DNA of 63,734 nt, counting the filler, from Reclinomonas americana ATCC 50394 (lineage: Eukaryota): assembly GCA_048213135.1 (NCBI GenBank). It is 28 parts of 28 records of this genome, joined end to end, with 100 filler letters (N's around TTAATTAATTAA, not from the genome) between each part and the next. Parts side by side here need not be neighbours in the genome. Positions count along the whole stretch, not along the records: positions 11,273 to 13,987 come from AFZH01024813.1; positions 14,088 to 15,386 come from AFZH01024814.1; positions 15,487 to 18,197 come from AFZH01024815.1; positions 18,298 to 20,501 come from AFZH01024816.1; positions 20,602 to 22,166 come from AFZH01024817.1; positions 22,267 to 23,315 come from AFZH01024818.1; positions 23,416 to 25,045 come from AFZH01024819.1; 21 more parts are not named here. One strand, given 5' to 3'. Below, one piece after another: positions 12,131 through 23,460 of the stretch. Made by a program: the position numbers and the translations under genes. Below the pieces are notes generated by a model, which was not told the origin of the DNA, did not search any database, and saw only the letters and a list, made by a program, of their open reading frames with translations. How positions within the stretch are numbered: position 1 is the first letter of the stretch; each line of letters begins with the position of its first letter.

Positions 12131-13051
12131 GCGAAATGAAATGCAATCGAAGAAGTGGGACAAGAGCGACGGGCGCTTCCCTGTCTGTAGACTGCGAGCT
12201 TGCCTGTTGATGTGATGCGTGGATGCGAGAGGAGAGTGCACGTGCATGTGAACGCTGAGAAGCGCTGCCTGCATTGCAGCAACGTCGACGTGAACGTCGA
12301 TTGTGCAGTGGTGTTGTCTCGCGTCTCACATGTGCACGCGCGCGCTGAGCAGTTGCATGAACACTGGATGCACCGTGCTTCCCCCTTGATCTACGGTGCA
12401 CGGCTGCAGGAAGATGCTTATTATCTATTCGGTGACCCACAAGCCGACGAGTTGTCGAGTGCTTGTGATTCTCGGGAGTGCGCTTCGTCGTACGCCGTCA
12501 TGTTCGCATGATCGGGAATGCCACAGCGCCGTATTTTTGTGTGTGGCGATGTACTGCCGGGGTCGCGAGTCGGGACCATTCATGGGCCGGGCGCAACCAA
12601 TCGCTCGACTGTCGGTCGGGGACGGGTTGAACCGCGGCTCGGTCTCGTCGCGTGGCCCTGTTGCAGGGATCGCGTGCACACCGTGACGGGTGTCTGCGCT
12701 AAACGGTGCGAAGAGCAATTATATTGCGGGTGGTGGCTGTGGGAGAAAACGTGCCCGTCGACTTGCATTTGGTGTCGACGCGGCATACCTCTCGCAGTTC
12801 GTAAAGAAAAGCACAACCTGTACATTAGCTCCCGCCATGCCGGGAAGGCAAGGAGGCACACACGCACACACACACTCAATTCCGCACCACCAGATTCTCG
12901 TCTCTGCTTCTTCCGCACACATGGCAACAACAGGGATGCATGGTACAACAGCACACACCACGACACACACGACGACACACACCAATCTCATAGTTACATC
13001 GAAAAGCGAAAAAGGGATCAAGGAAAACAGCAGCAGCGACGGACGCCGTCC

Positions 13052-13859
13052 TTACGGTGGCCCGAGATACACCTTGACTTGCCCGTTGGCGCCGCCGACC
13101 ACCAAGAACGGCTTGGAGGCGTGGAAGGTGGCACACAGAATGCCCTCGTCGCCGGCACTGCAGCGGACCGTAAACTCCTTGGCACACGACTGGTCACTCA
13201 GGTTCCAGATGCGCAGCGATGCAGAGCGGTCTGCACAACACACAGTCAGTGAGACATGTGCGCACACCGAACCAGAAGGGAAAACGCGCTCGACGTACCA
13301 CCCGAGGCGAAAAATGCTCCATCGTACACCATGGCCAGTGCCGACACACCCGTCTCGTGTGCAATCCATTCGGCAGAAATGCGACCTGTCACAGCGTCCA
13401 GCAGTCGCAGCTTTTGGTCCTCGTGAGCCGTGACAACCACTTGCTGCGTGGGATGCGAGACCAGCTGCACATACACACACACGTGAGCACCACGACACAC
13501 ACACACACACTCCGTTGCTGCGAATCAAGCGCGCACCTGGTGTACGGTCGGCACGTTGGCACCCATCGTCGCCACAGTGGTCGTCCACAACACCTTGTTG
13601 TCCTCGCTCTGCACCAACGACACAGAGCCGTCGCCGTGCGCAATGCACACGCGCTTCGGATCCGTCTCCAGCAACACGGCTCGTCGAATCGGGCCGCTCG
13701 CCACCGTGACTTCGCGCGGCTGCCCGAGGCCGGCCTCGCTCAATGGATATACACGGACGGAATTCGGCGATACTGATATTAGTTGTGCGGTCATGTCGTG
13801 GTACTGCAGCGCCAGAATGCCACCACGATGCGAGTCCGCAGTGCGCGGCTTGGTCACAT
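13052..13859 (-). CDS. STRN: Striatin-family WD40 protein, 3' exons
   Basis: VSHPT..VVTAHED, IAHETGVSAL, SLRIWNL..SCAKE and FHASKPFLVVGGANGQVKVY match the striatin C-terminal WD40 repeats. Confidence 0.75.
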
Positions 13860-14216
13860 CTGGAGAGCACAACATAAAGGTGAGGTGAGAGCGTGTGTGT
13901 CACACACGGAGAAGAGGAGAGAGAGAGAGAGAGAACAAGAGAGAGAGAGAGAGAGAGAGAAGAAGAAAGAAAAGAACAAACGCCCTTNNNNNNNNNNNNN
14001 NNNNNNNNNNNNNNNNNNNNNNNNNNNNNNNTTAATTAATTAANNNNNNNNNNNNNNNNNNNNNNNNNNNNNNNNNNNNNNNNNNNNAGACGCCGCGCGG
14101 ACGGCTGCTGCGCCGAGGCATGACCGACTGAGCGGCGGCATCCGTTCCCCTCGGGCATCCGCGGCGCGATGTCGTAGGCGGAAGCTATCGTCGTCGTGCG
14201 CAGACAGGGGGGCGAC

Positions 14217-15254
14217 ATGGCCGACGGAAGACGCAAGGAACGTCCGCTCGGAACCGGCGAGAAGTGGAGGCTCATCCTTGCCGAGCCGCTGATGCTGGGT
14301 GTCTTCGCACTGCTCCCCTTCGTGCTCGCGTTCGTCCTTTCGGATGGCCGGTTCGATCAGATGCCCGGTGCTGTGGCGTCCATCGCCGAGTGGACCGAGC
14401 CCGTGCTGACCAGGTTCTTCGATGCGGCCGCGCTGGTGGGTGCCGTGCTGGTGACGCTGGCCGCAGCGACCGCCTTCGGGCTGGCGCGTCGAGGTGAGTT
14501 CAGTCGGAGAACACAGATCCGCATCCTCCTGGCGGCTGCCGCCGGCGTGCTTCTGATCGCGTTGATGGCTGCGCTGACCGTCCCGGTGGCCGTTGTGGAT
14601 CCGCAGCGCTGGGCGGAGGTCGGCATGGTGCTCGCCGTCGCCTGGGTGATCCTCCTGGGGGCGCAGATGATCCAGTTCGTCGTGACTCCGCGAGAACGAT
14701 CACGAACGGCCAAGAGGGTCTGGCGCGAGCGGCGCGACCGCGCCGTCGAGCAGGGCATCGCTCTCGCTGAGGACGTTTCCGAACCGCGGATGCGCGTGGT
14801 CTGCGAGGTGGCCGCGTGGGTCGTGCCGACGGTCATATGGGCGGCGGTGGCTCTCTTCGTCACCAGGGCCTTCGCCCTCGGAGGGGACTTCGGAGACGCC
14901 GTCCTCCTTCTCGGGCTCGTCGCCTTCTACGGAAACTTCGCCATCATCGCAGGGTGGCGGGTGACCGCAGATCTTTCGATGAGCAGCACGTCCAGGATCG
15001 CCGTTCGCGTCGCCATGATGTCGTTCGGAGCACTGGCCTCGGGTGCGCTGGCCGTCGCCCTGATCGTCACGGGCACCTACGCGATACTGGGCCTCGCTCT
15101 TCTCGTCTTCACGTCGCTGCACATGCTCTTCTATCTCGTGCCCAGCTGGCGAAGGCGTCTGCCTTGGGTCTCGACCACCGAAGAAGCGGCGACACGTTCC
15201 GCAGTCGCCGGCCTTCGTCGGACGTATGAGGAGGCGAAAGCCTTCGCCTCCTAG
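14217..15254 (+). CDS. Multi-pass membrane protein of unknown function (bacterial, high GC)
   Basis: Intronless ORF with about 8 hydrophobic segments in two clusters; G-rich RBS-like run before the ATG. Confidence 0.7.
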   Translation: MADGRRKERPLGTGEKWRLILAEPLMLGVFALLPFVLAFVLSDGRFDQMPGAVASIAEWTEPVLTRFFDAAALVGAVLVTLAAATAFGLARRGEFSRRTQIRILLAAAAGVLLIALMAALTVPVAVVDPQRWAEVGMVLAVAWVILLGAQMIQFVVTPRERSRTAKRVWRERRDRAVEQGIALAEDVSEPRMRVVCEVAAWVVPTVIWAAVALFVTRAFALGGDFGDAVLLLGLVAFYGNFAIIAGWRVTADLSMSSTSRIAVRVAMMSFGALASGALAVALIVTGTYAILGLALLVFTSLHMLFYLVPSWRRRLPWVSTTEEAATRSAVAGLRRTYEEAKAFAS

Positions 15255-17693
15255 ACCGAACCGCATCTGCTCGGTCCCCCTGGTCTTTATCGGTGGCGTT
15301 TGATAAAGTTGAGTCACCACAACTCAACTTTGATCCGTCCGCGGATCCGTCAAGAAGGAGTCTCCCCGAGGAGGGACGCGATGAGCNNNNNNNNNNNNNN
15401 NNNNNNNNNNNNNNNNNNNNNNNNNNNNNNTTAATTAATTAANNNNNNNNNNNNNNNNNNNNNNNNNNNNNNNNNNNNNNNNNNNNCGCGCTGCACACAG
15501 CAGCACGTGTGTCAGATCTAGACACAGAAAGAGGCATGCACAGGAGGAGGCAGAGGGGACTGAGCACAAACGCAACAGATGAGAAGAGAGGACTCTGGCG
15601 GTGAAGCAGCCCCAACTGCAGGGCTGTCACCCTGAAGAACTCGGACACGGTCATTGGGCGCGAAAAGAATCTGGACACACACACAGTCGCAAAGGAGCAA
15701 CGTTGTGGTTAGCACTGCTCGTTGCGCAGCTTGTCGGGATACTAGTCAGCGGCCGTATTCGGCTCTGACCAGTCTTCGCAGAAGTTCTGTCTTCGCATCT
15801 GCTTGGTGGCACAAATATGCAAAAAGCAACAAAGCACGAAAGCAGAGGAGGTGCGGATCGAGAGAATCGAATCGTATATGTGTGCATGATTGGTGGATGT
15901 GTACACGCAGAGCGCACATGAAGTCTTACCGACGGAGGTACAGAAAAAAATGCACGCGACTTTGCCCGCGCTCGCCGGTGCAAAGAAAAAAGACGCAAGA
16001 AAGATTGAAGAACGTTGCAACGGTGGCCACCTCAATCAATCTTGCAGGTGGCGGTGAAAGGGCGGCCGCAGGGTTTGTAGAATCTTATGAAAGACTGACG
16101 AGCAATCGGTATAGTATCTAGGACGAAAAGAATCTCACCGTCAATCACACAGGCGGTGTGGGCGCGGAGTCATAGGTGTGCTGCGGGCACCGTGCGCAGT
16201 TGATTGCACCCAGTTGGTGTACACAATTGGGGGTGCCTCCTATTGCGCGGCGGCAGCGGCGGCGGTAACTGTGGTGCAAACTGCATGAAGTCAGTAATCA
16301 TGTGTGCGTGCACATTTCTGAAACCAAAAGATATAAGAATATTCAACGCACACCCGCCACTCGACTGTCGTCAAGGTGGAGCAGCACAGAGTCGAGTCGC
16401 ATTTGTTGTTGGAGTGGTGCCTGCGCTGACAGCAAGAGTGGCAATGCCAACGCTGCGCGGATGCCGAGTGGTGGACACAAGCTCTGCATAATACCAGCAG
16501 GAAGCGGCGTGTCAGACTCGCCAAAAAGTTGCAAGAAAAGAAAAAGAGCGACGACTCAACACGGCCGCTTGCTGACAATGAGGCTGCAGTGTGGGGGACG
16601 CGAAAGAATCTCAACGACAACAAACACAACTCGATTGCTGCCGATTCACATGCACCTCGAGAAACCGCCCCAATGTCTTTCTCTCCAGTGTTCACTGAGT
16701 CTCACTCTGGCGAGTAAAGAATAAAAACTGTCGCTGCTCTTCTTTCGCACTGCACCGCTCTGCATTTCTTCTTTCAATACCGCCACTCACCACCACGACA
16801 GCAAATCGCCTTCCACCAGACTCGTCGACGTCGTCAGCACCAGCCACGTGATGGGGGACGACACGGTCGTACTCGACAAGACTCTTCGCGAGGCAGTCGA
16901 GGTTGGCGTTGAACACGTCCCGGTGCCTGAACTCGTCACGACACTGTGCACACCCATCACCGCCTCTACCGAGTACCCAAAGACAGCACTGCACTGAAGG
17001 GACGCGATACTTTCACTCGGAAAGTCATCCATCAGTGACTGCCAACAGCAAGTCACTGCACCATTCTTGTCTGTCTGTACCGCATGACGTGAGTGGGAGC
17101 CTCATCACACATGCATTCTCCTAGGAGAACGCAACGCAGTTCATGCAGTTGTCGACAGCATCGTCGTGAGGCGATTCTTGTCGATTGACCTCGTCGCTCC
17201 TCCGTTCATCAAGCGCGTACTCTGCATCGCAGAAGACGCAATGTTACCACCAGAGAACCCTTCATCATCTGCGTCGGAACAGGTACCGTGTGAGTCTGCA
17301 TCGGCTGCAGTGGCTGTGCCATCCACTACACTGCATCGCATCATCAATTTCTGTGTGCATCCATGTCAAGCAGAGTAGTCAGTCATCCGCTGACGCACAT
17401 CCACACGAGGCGCTTCACCACACACATTGCCACATCCCACCTCCTCCGCCACAAGACACAGACACACACGCACACACACACACGCACACACACACCTACA
17501 TTGTGCTTCATTCGCATGCCTCAGTCAGTGATCATTCCCCTCAACACTTCCCCCTGCACAAACATCAGCAGGGTCACACGCAGTCTCATGCCCTTCTTGG
17601 GTTGATCGGTGAAGACAGGAAGTCCCGCAGCTTATTTATGTTTGTACATTTTTCCGACGACTCGATCCGCCGCCCTCCTCTCTCTCTCTCTGC

Positions 17694-18197
17694 TCAGTAC
17701 AAGTAGTCGGTGGTCACACAGCAGCCCATGCTGTGCAAGTGTCGCTTCCGTGACTCGTCGTTCACGGTCCACACGTTGCAGCCGGTGGGTCGCAGCTTGA
17801 GAGCGGCGGCGACCAGCTCATCGTCGTTCTGCACACCGAGGGTGGAGGCGCCAACAAAATCGGGAAGCCACGTCGTACAGCACCACAGGTACAGTGCGTC
17901 GGCGGCGGCGAGGCACCACCGCGGCAGGAGCGACACGGAGCCAAAGGCGGACGGCTCGTGCTTGGCCAAGTCGACCAGAAAGTTGCGCTGCACGAGCAGC
18001 ATCGTGCGGATCGTGCTGTCGAGTTGTCGCAGGTGGTACAGGAAAAGTGGCGAGAAGCTGAGCACGGTCACCCTCGCGCGCAGCTCCGCCGTCTGTCTCC
18101 GCAGATAAGCGGCAAAGAAGGCGGCCGTGTCACGTGGCGCACAGAGATCCTTGACCTCCAAAAACAGGTGCGGTGGCTGCGGTCGCCACCCGCCCCT
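17694..18197 (-). CDS. Glycerophosphodiester phosphodiesterase (GDE1-like), C-terminal part
   Basis: LFLEVK, VLSFSPLFLY, VWTVN and VTTD motifs of GDPD TIM barrels. Confidence 0.7.
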   Translation of the reverse strand, partial: RGGWRPQPPHLFLEVKDLCAPRDTAAFFAAYLRRQTAELRARVTVLSFSPLFLYHLRQLDSTIRTMLLVQRNFLVDLAKHEPSAFGSVSLLPRWCLAAADALYLWCCTTWLPDFVGASTLGVQNDDELVAAALKLRPTGCNVWTVNDESRKRHLHSMGCCVTTDYLY

Positions 18198-18297
18198 NNN
18201 NNNNNNNNNNNNNNNNNNNNNNNNNNNNNNNNNNNNNNNNNTTAATTAATTAANNNNNNNNNNNNNNNNNNNNNNNNNNNNNNNNNNNNNNNNNNNN

Positions 18298-19930
18298 GGT
18301 CGCGGCGATCGGGACCGGCGGTGCGGGCGGTCTCGCGCTTCAGCAGGGCGATGGTCTCGTTGGCGCTGTCGGCGCGCAGCACCTCGTACATCCCGGCCGG
18401 CAGGGCGGTCGACTCGCTCGGGCCGTTGTTGACCGACAGATCGACGACCATGGCGGCGGCGAGGATGACGGTTGCGGCCATGCCGGCGCCCTGCAAGGCG
18501 AGCCCGCGTGCCGCGACCAGCGCGCCCGCCACCAGCATCAGGCAAAGCAGGGCGGTGACCAGCGGCACGAAGGCGACATGAAGCCGGCCGACCGTCCAGG
18601 CCAGCCAGATTGCGACAGCGAAGCCAGCCACCAGCAGCAGGATCTCGAGCACGATCTTCCAGCGGCGCGGACGCGGCGCGGTATCGGTCAGGACGAGATG
18701 GGTGAGGTAGCCGCCGAGGATCGAGAGCAGCGCGCCGAGGATGAAGAGTGCATCGGCGGGGCGGCGATAGAAGTCGGCGCCGGGGAGATGGAAGAGCAGG
18801 GCAAAGCCCGGCGTGTAGCGGCCGAGCGCGTAGACCAGCACCAGCAGCGCCGCCACGCTGAGCGCGACGATTTCGCGCCGCAGCAGGGCGCCGCGGACGA
18901 TACCGACGCTGACGACGAGCAGGATCGGCAGCAGGCCGAGATAGAGTTCGCCCATATTGCGGGCGAGATAGAGATCGAGCGGGCCGAAGCGCTTCTCCCA
19001 GGCTGGGCTGGGCGGTCCCCAGAAGTTCTCCAGCGGGCCGGATGCGCCATAGAGATTGGCGACCAGCCCGGTCAGCAGCGAACCCGGATGCAGCGAGCCC
19101 TTGCCGGCGCCGGCGATATCGATCACCGGCCGGTTCGACTCTTCCGCCAGGACGGCGGTGAGCAGGATCGGGATGGTCGCAACGAGTGTAGCGCCGATGG
19201 CACCGAGCAACAGCGGCATCAGGCTGGCGCGCAGCGCCGCGAGTGGCTTGTCGGCCATGGCGATGGCTGCGAGCACCAGCCCGGCGAGAACATAGACGCC
19301 GAGCAGCGCGACCTGATCGCGCCCCAGCACCATGAAGCCGGCGGCGAGACCGGCGGCGAAGCCATAGCGCCAGGAGCTGCGTTCGAGTGCGCGCGAGAGC
19401 AGGAGCAGCGTCACCGCGAAATAGGACAGGCTCAGCACCTGGCCGACATGCTGGATGCGCCAGGCGGCGGCGGCGCCGAAGGCGAAGGAGAGGGCGCAGA
19501 CGACGGCGCCGGCCGGGTGCCAGCCCCGATCGCGGAAAAGCAGGACGAGGCAGAGGGCGCCGACGAGCAGCGAGCTGAGCAGGGCGCCGTCGCTCCAGCG
19601 GAAATCCGGCGTCGGATTGAGCAGGGCGATCAGGAAGAAAGGCGGCGAGAAGATCAGCGATTGCGGATCCGCCACCTGCGGCGATCCCGCGAAGACGAAG
19701 GGTGTCCAGAACGGCGACAGCCCCTTGTGCAGGGCGCTGGCAAGGAATTGCAGCTGCGGGTGGAAATGCGCCTTGGCGTCCCAGGGGATGGTCACGGCAC
19801 CGGACAGCCAGGGCCAGGACAGCGCCAGCCAGCCGGCGCAGACCAGCAGCATTACCCTGGCGGTCGGCCAGGGTGCGGGCGGCGGCTCGGTCTCGCGGTG
19901 GTCCCGATCTGGTGTCGAAGCATCAGACAT
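18298..19930 (-). CDS. YfhO-like/GT-C-type polytopic membrane protein, 3' partial (bacterial)
   Basis: PFWTPFVFAGSPQVADPQ motif and many transmembrane segments; intronless. Confidence 0.7.
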
Positions 19931-19977
19931 GGGGGCTTCCTGCCCCAGCTCCGAGGCGCGATCAATGCTCGCGCCAG

Positions 19978-20501
19978 TCAATCCTTCGGAGCGGCACGCG
20001 CCATCAGAGCGTCCATGTCGATGAAGTGGCCGGCACGGTCACGCTTCGAGGCGAGATAGCGGACATTGTGGACGTTCGGGCGGCCGAGCACGCGCTGGGT
20101 CGCGGCGACCTCGAGGCCGGCGGCCTTGATCGCCCCGATCTTCAGCGGGTTGTTGGTCAGCGCGGTGACGCTGGAGACGCCGAGCTGCTTCAGCATCGCG
20201 GCGGCGAAGTCGAAATGGCGCTGGTCGAGATCGAAGCCGAGCACCTCGTCGGCGTCGTAGGTGTCCCAGCCCTGGCTCTGCAGCTTGTAGGCGCGCATCT
20301 TGTTGGAGATGCCGTTGCCGCGGCCTTCCTGGTCGAGATAGAGCAGGATGCCGCCGTCGTTCTGCGCCATCCACTGCACGGTCTCGCGCAGCTGGTCGCC
20401 GCAATCGCATTTCAGCGAACCGAACAGGTCACCGGTCAGGCAGGCCGAATGCAGGCGCACCGGCACGGCGGATGTAAGATCCGGCTTGCCGACGATGATC
20501 G
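19978..20501 (-). CDS. ribA: GTP cyclohydrolase II, 5' partial (bacterial)
   Basis: VRLHSACLTGDLFGSLKCDCGDQL, QEGRG and LTNNPLK motifs. Confidence 0.95.
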
Positions 20502-20602
20502 NNNNNNNNNNNNNNNNNNNNNNNNNNNNNNNNNNNNNNNNNNNNTTAATTAATTAANNNNNNNNNNNNNNNNNNNNNNNNNNNNNNNNNNNNNNNNNNN
20601 NC

Positions 20603-21586
20603 ACGACCTCGCCCTTCGGCTACGGCGTCGCGCTACGGCGGGCGTCGGGTAGGCGCGCCATGGTGGCCGTCACGACGAACCGGGCACGTGAGCGCGCAGC
20701 GCGTCGGCACGATACCCGATACATTGACCTCGGCCGCTACCTGCTTTTTCGCGACGTCGGGCTGAGAGGACGTCTGCCGGACGGTTCCGAGGATCCTGCG
20801 TGGCGTGGCCGCAATGGGGAGCGGAACGCCCTCTTCGCCGAGCTTCTCGTCACGACCGGTTTGCGGCTGACCGAGGCCGGCAGCCTGCTCCTGACGGAGC
20901 TTCCGCGCCTGACCGAGGCTGGATCGCGCTCAGCGCCGTTCGATCTTGCCGGTCCGATCGCCAAGGGCGGACGGCCACGGCGCATCCCTATTCCCCGCAG
21001 GGTGCTGAGGATGATCGCCGACTACATCGACTTCGAGCGCACGATTTCCGCCTCCCGGTCCGAACCGGCGCTGTCCGATCCGCTCTGGCTAATGCCGGTG
21101 GACAGGAAGGTAAGAGATGACGCAGGCAAGCGTGTTCGGGTCGACCGCCTGACGCCACGCGAGCGCCGGCGCGTGCTGATCGGTGCACCCGCTACGGCGC
21201 AGCATGCCGTGCTCTGGCTGACCGAATGCGGCCAGCCTGTCCCGCCGGCCACCTGGGAAGCTGCCTTCCGCCGGGCCTGCGTCCGCTGTCGTCGCTTCGG
21301 CATCGAGATCGACGTGACGCCGCATACCTTGCGGCATACCTTCGCCGGCAACATGCTCTCCATGCTGATCCGCGAGCAGATCGGCTCGGTGTTCGATCCG
21401 CAGGACCGGCACGGCGCGGCCTACCGGCGGATTCTCTGCGATCCGCTGCAGAAGCTGCAGCACCTGCTGGGGCACGCCAGCGTGACCAGCACCTACATCT
21501 ATCTCGACAGCCTTGCCGAGGCGCAGGAGCTGGTCGAGGCGGCCGCGGATCGCTGGGCAGAAGATACGGCTGGAGATGCCGCATGA
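20603..21586 (+). CDS. Tyrosine recombinase/integrase, 5' partial
   Basis: TGLRLTE, AKGG, HTLRH and LLGHASVTSTYIY give the R-K-H-R-H-Y catalytic set; the frame is open back to the contig start. Confidence 0.93.
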   Translation, partial: TTSPFGYGVALRRASGRRAMVAVTTNRARERAARRHDTRYIDLGRYLLFRDVGLRGRLPDGSEDPAWRGRNGERNALFAELLVTTGLRLTEAGSLLLTELPRLTEAGSRSAPFDLAGPIAKGGRPRRIPIPRRVLRMIADYIDFERTISASRSEPALSDPLWLMPVDRKVRDDAGKRVRVDRLTPRERRRVLIGAPATAQHAVLWLTECGQPVPPATWEAAFRRACVRCRRFGIEIDVTPHTLRHTFAGNMLSMLIREQIGSVFDPQDRHGAAYRRILCDPLQKLQHLLGHASVTSTYIYLDSLAEAQELVEAAADRWAEDTAGDAA

Positions 21587-22166
21587 TTGCCGCGATGACT
21601 GCCTTAAAGCGGTGGCCGGGCCGCCGTGCACTGTTTCCCGAAGCCTTGCCCGACCCCGAGGGTGAAGCCGTCGCTGCGATCGCGTCGCTGCGCTTCTCCG
21701 TCACGCTTGCGGACCGTAGCAAGACAATCGACCTGACGATGCTCAGCGGCCGCAGGGCGTTGGCCCGGAGTTTTGCCGGTGCTCTCTGGCGCGCCTGCCA
21801 GGTCGGCGGTCCGGCCGGCTCGATCTCGACCGCTTCCGCCTATGCCAATGCGCTTAAGACGTTCTGGCGGTATCTCGACGCCGTTAGTCCCCCACGTCGT
21901 CAGATTGTCCGACGTGAGCGCCGCCTGCATCGACGGCTTCGACGCCTGGATGGAGGAGAGCGGCCTGCATCCCAATCACCGGCTGCGCCGGATGAGCAAG
22001 GTGCTCAACTTGCTGCGGCTCGCCGAAGCCGCCGAGCCCGGCCGCCTGCCGCCCGATGCCTCGCGGCGCTTGATGTACACGAGCGACCGGCCGGGCGTGC
22101 GCGCCCGGCCGCGTGATGCCTATGGCGACGATATCGCGAAGGCGTTGCGGACCGCGGCACGCACCG
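21583..22166 (+). CDS. Translationally coupled partner of the integrase (integrase SAM-like N-terminus), 3' partial, apparent frameshift at 21889-21893
   Basis: ATGA overlap with the integrase stop; STASAYANALKTFWRYL continues as HVVRLSDVSAACIDGFDAWM after removing one C from a C5 run. Confidence 0.6.
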
Positions 22167-22266
22167 NNNNNNNNNNNNNNNNNNNNNNNNNNNNNNNNNN
22201 NNNNNNNNNNTTAATTAATTAANNNNNNNNNNNNNNNNNNNNNNNNNNNNNNNNNNNNNNNNNNNN

Positions 22267-22899
22267 GGCCATCGGGTCTGCCTTGAGGATCCAGGCTCCG
22301 TCGCGGGTGCGGATCTGGTACTTGTACTTCGTGCCCTCGGCGAGATCCGGGATGAACAGCTCCCAGACACCGCTGACCCCCATCGAGCGCATCGCGTGCG
22401 TCTCGCCGTTCCAGCCGTTGTGGTCGCCGATCACTCGGACGGCGGTGGCGTTCGGGGCCCAGACGGCGAAGGAGATCCCCTGCTCGCCGTCGAGCGTGCG
22501 GGGATGGGCGCCGAGGACCTGCCACAGGCGCTCGTGTCGTCCTTCCGCGATCAGATGCAGGTCGATGTCGCCGAGTGCGGGGGAGTGGCGGTAGGGATCG
22601 CCCTGGACGGACTCCTCGTCGTCGCCGTATGCGGTGGCGAGGCGATAGGAGAGCGGCGGGCCGGCGTGCTGGGCCTCCCAGATGCCGTGGGCCACATGAT
22701 CGAGAGCCAGGCGGCTCCCGTCTGCGAACACCGCTTCGACAGACGAGGCGAGCGGGCGGCGGGCTCGGATGACCGTGACGGTGTGATCGGCGGCGTCCTT
22801 GATCGGATGCGCACCGAGCACCGAGTGCGGATCATGGTGCTCCGCAGAGGCGATGGCCTCCCAATCGGCGGACGTCCTGGCGTCTTCCACGTAGCTCAT
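22267..22899 (-). CDS. glgB: 1,4-alpha-glucan branching enzyme, 5' part (Actinobacteria-like)
   Basis: HHDPHSVLGAH, FAVWAPNA, GVWELFIP and KADP motifs. Confidence 0.95.
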
Positions 22900-23315
22900 G
22901 ATCGCTCCCTCACCTTCAGGATGTGCACCGGTTCGGCGAAAGCGTCGAGCCGCACGTAGTTGTGGTCGCTCCAAGTCCAGACCGCGCCCGTGAGCAGGTC
23001 CTCCACCTCGAAGTCCTCGCCGAGCGGGACGCCCCAGCGCGTCGTGTCGAGATGGACCGTCGTCTCGCGTACCGAATGCGGATCGACGTTGGCCACGACG
23101 ATGATCGTGTCGGCCTGCCCGGTGCCCGTGAACGCGGCATCCAGGTGCTTGCTGTAGACGAGGACGGAGTCGTCGTCGCTCCAGTGCGTCGCGAAGTTGC
23201 GGAGCTGGCGCAGCGCGGGGTGCGCGGCTCGGATCTCGTTGAGTCGACGCAGCAGCGGGGCGAGCGACTCTCCGCGCGCCTCGGAGCCGGCCCAGTCCCG
23301 CACCTTGAACTCGTA
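22896..23315 (-). CDS. glgE: Maltosyltransferase GlgE, 3' part
   Basis: YEFKVRDW, LNEIRAAHPALRQLR, VVANVDPH and NYVRLD motifs; ATGA overlap with glgB. Confidence 0.9.
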   Translation of the reverse strand, partial: YEFKVRDWAGSEARGESLAPLLRRLNEIRAAHPALRQLRNFATHWSDDDSVLVYSKHLDAAFTGTGQADTIIVVANVDPHSVRETTVHLDTTRWGVPLGEDFEVEDLLTGAVWTWSDHNYVRLDAFAEPVHILKVRERS

Positions 23316-23460
23316 NNNNNNNNNNNNNNNNNNNNNNNNNNNNNNNNNNNNNNNNNNNNTTAATTAATTAANNNNNNNNNNNNNNNNNNNNNNNNNNNNN
23401 NNNNNNNNNNNNNNNTACAATGTGACTCATCAGCCTCCCTGTGCTTTGCTGCTCGTGCAG

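Noticed and set aside
16500..17380. Stop-codon reassignment suggested by protein-like frames broken by TGA (and by TAG near 7642)
   Set aside because: Conserved genes (CDC40, CCT3, PP2C, ABHD13) have no internal stops and end in TAA or TGA; decayed or unresolved genes explain these frames better.
21889..21893. Programmed frameshift in the integrase partner gene
   Set aside because: It is a single extra base in a C homopolymer with no slippery heptamer; a sequencing error is more likely.
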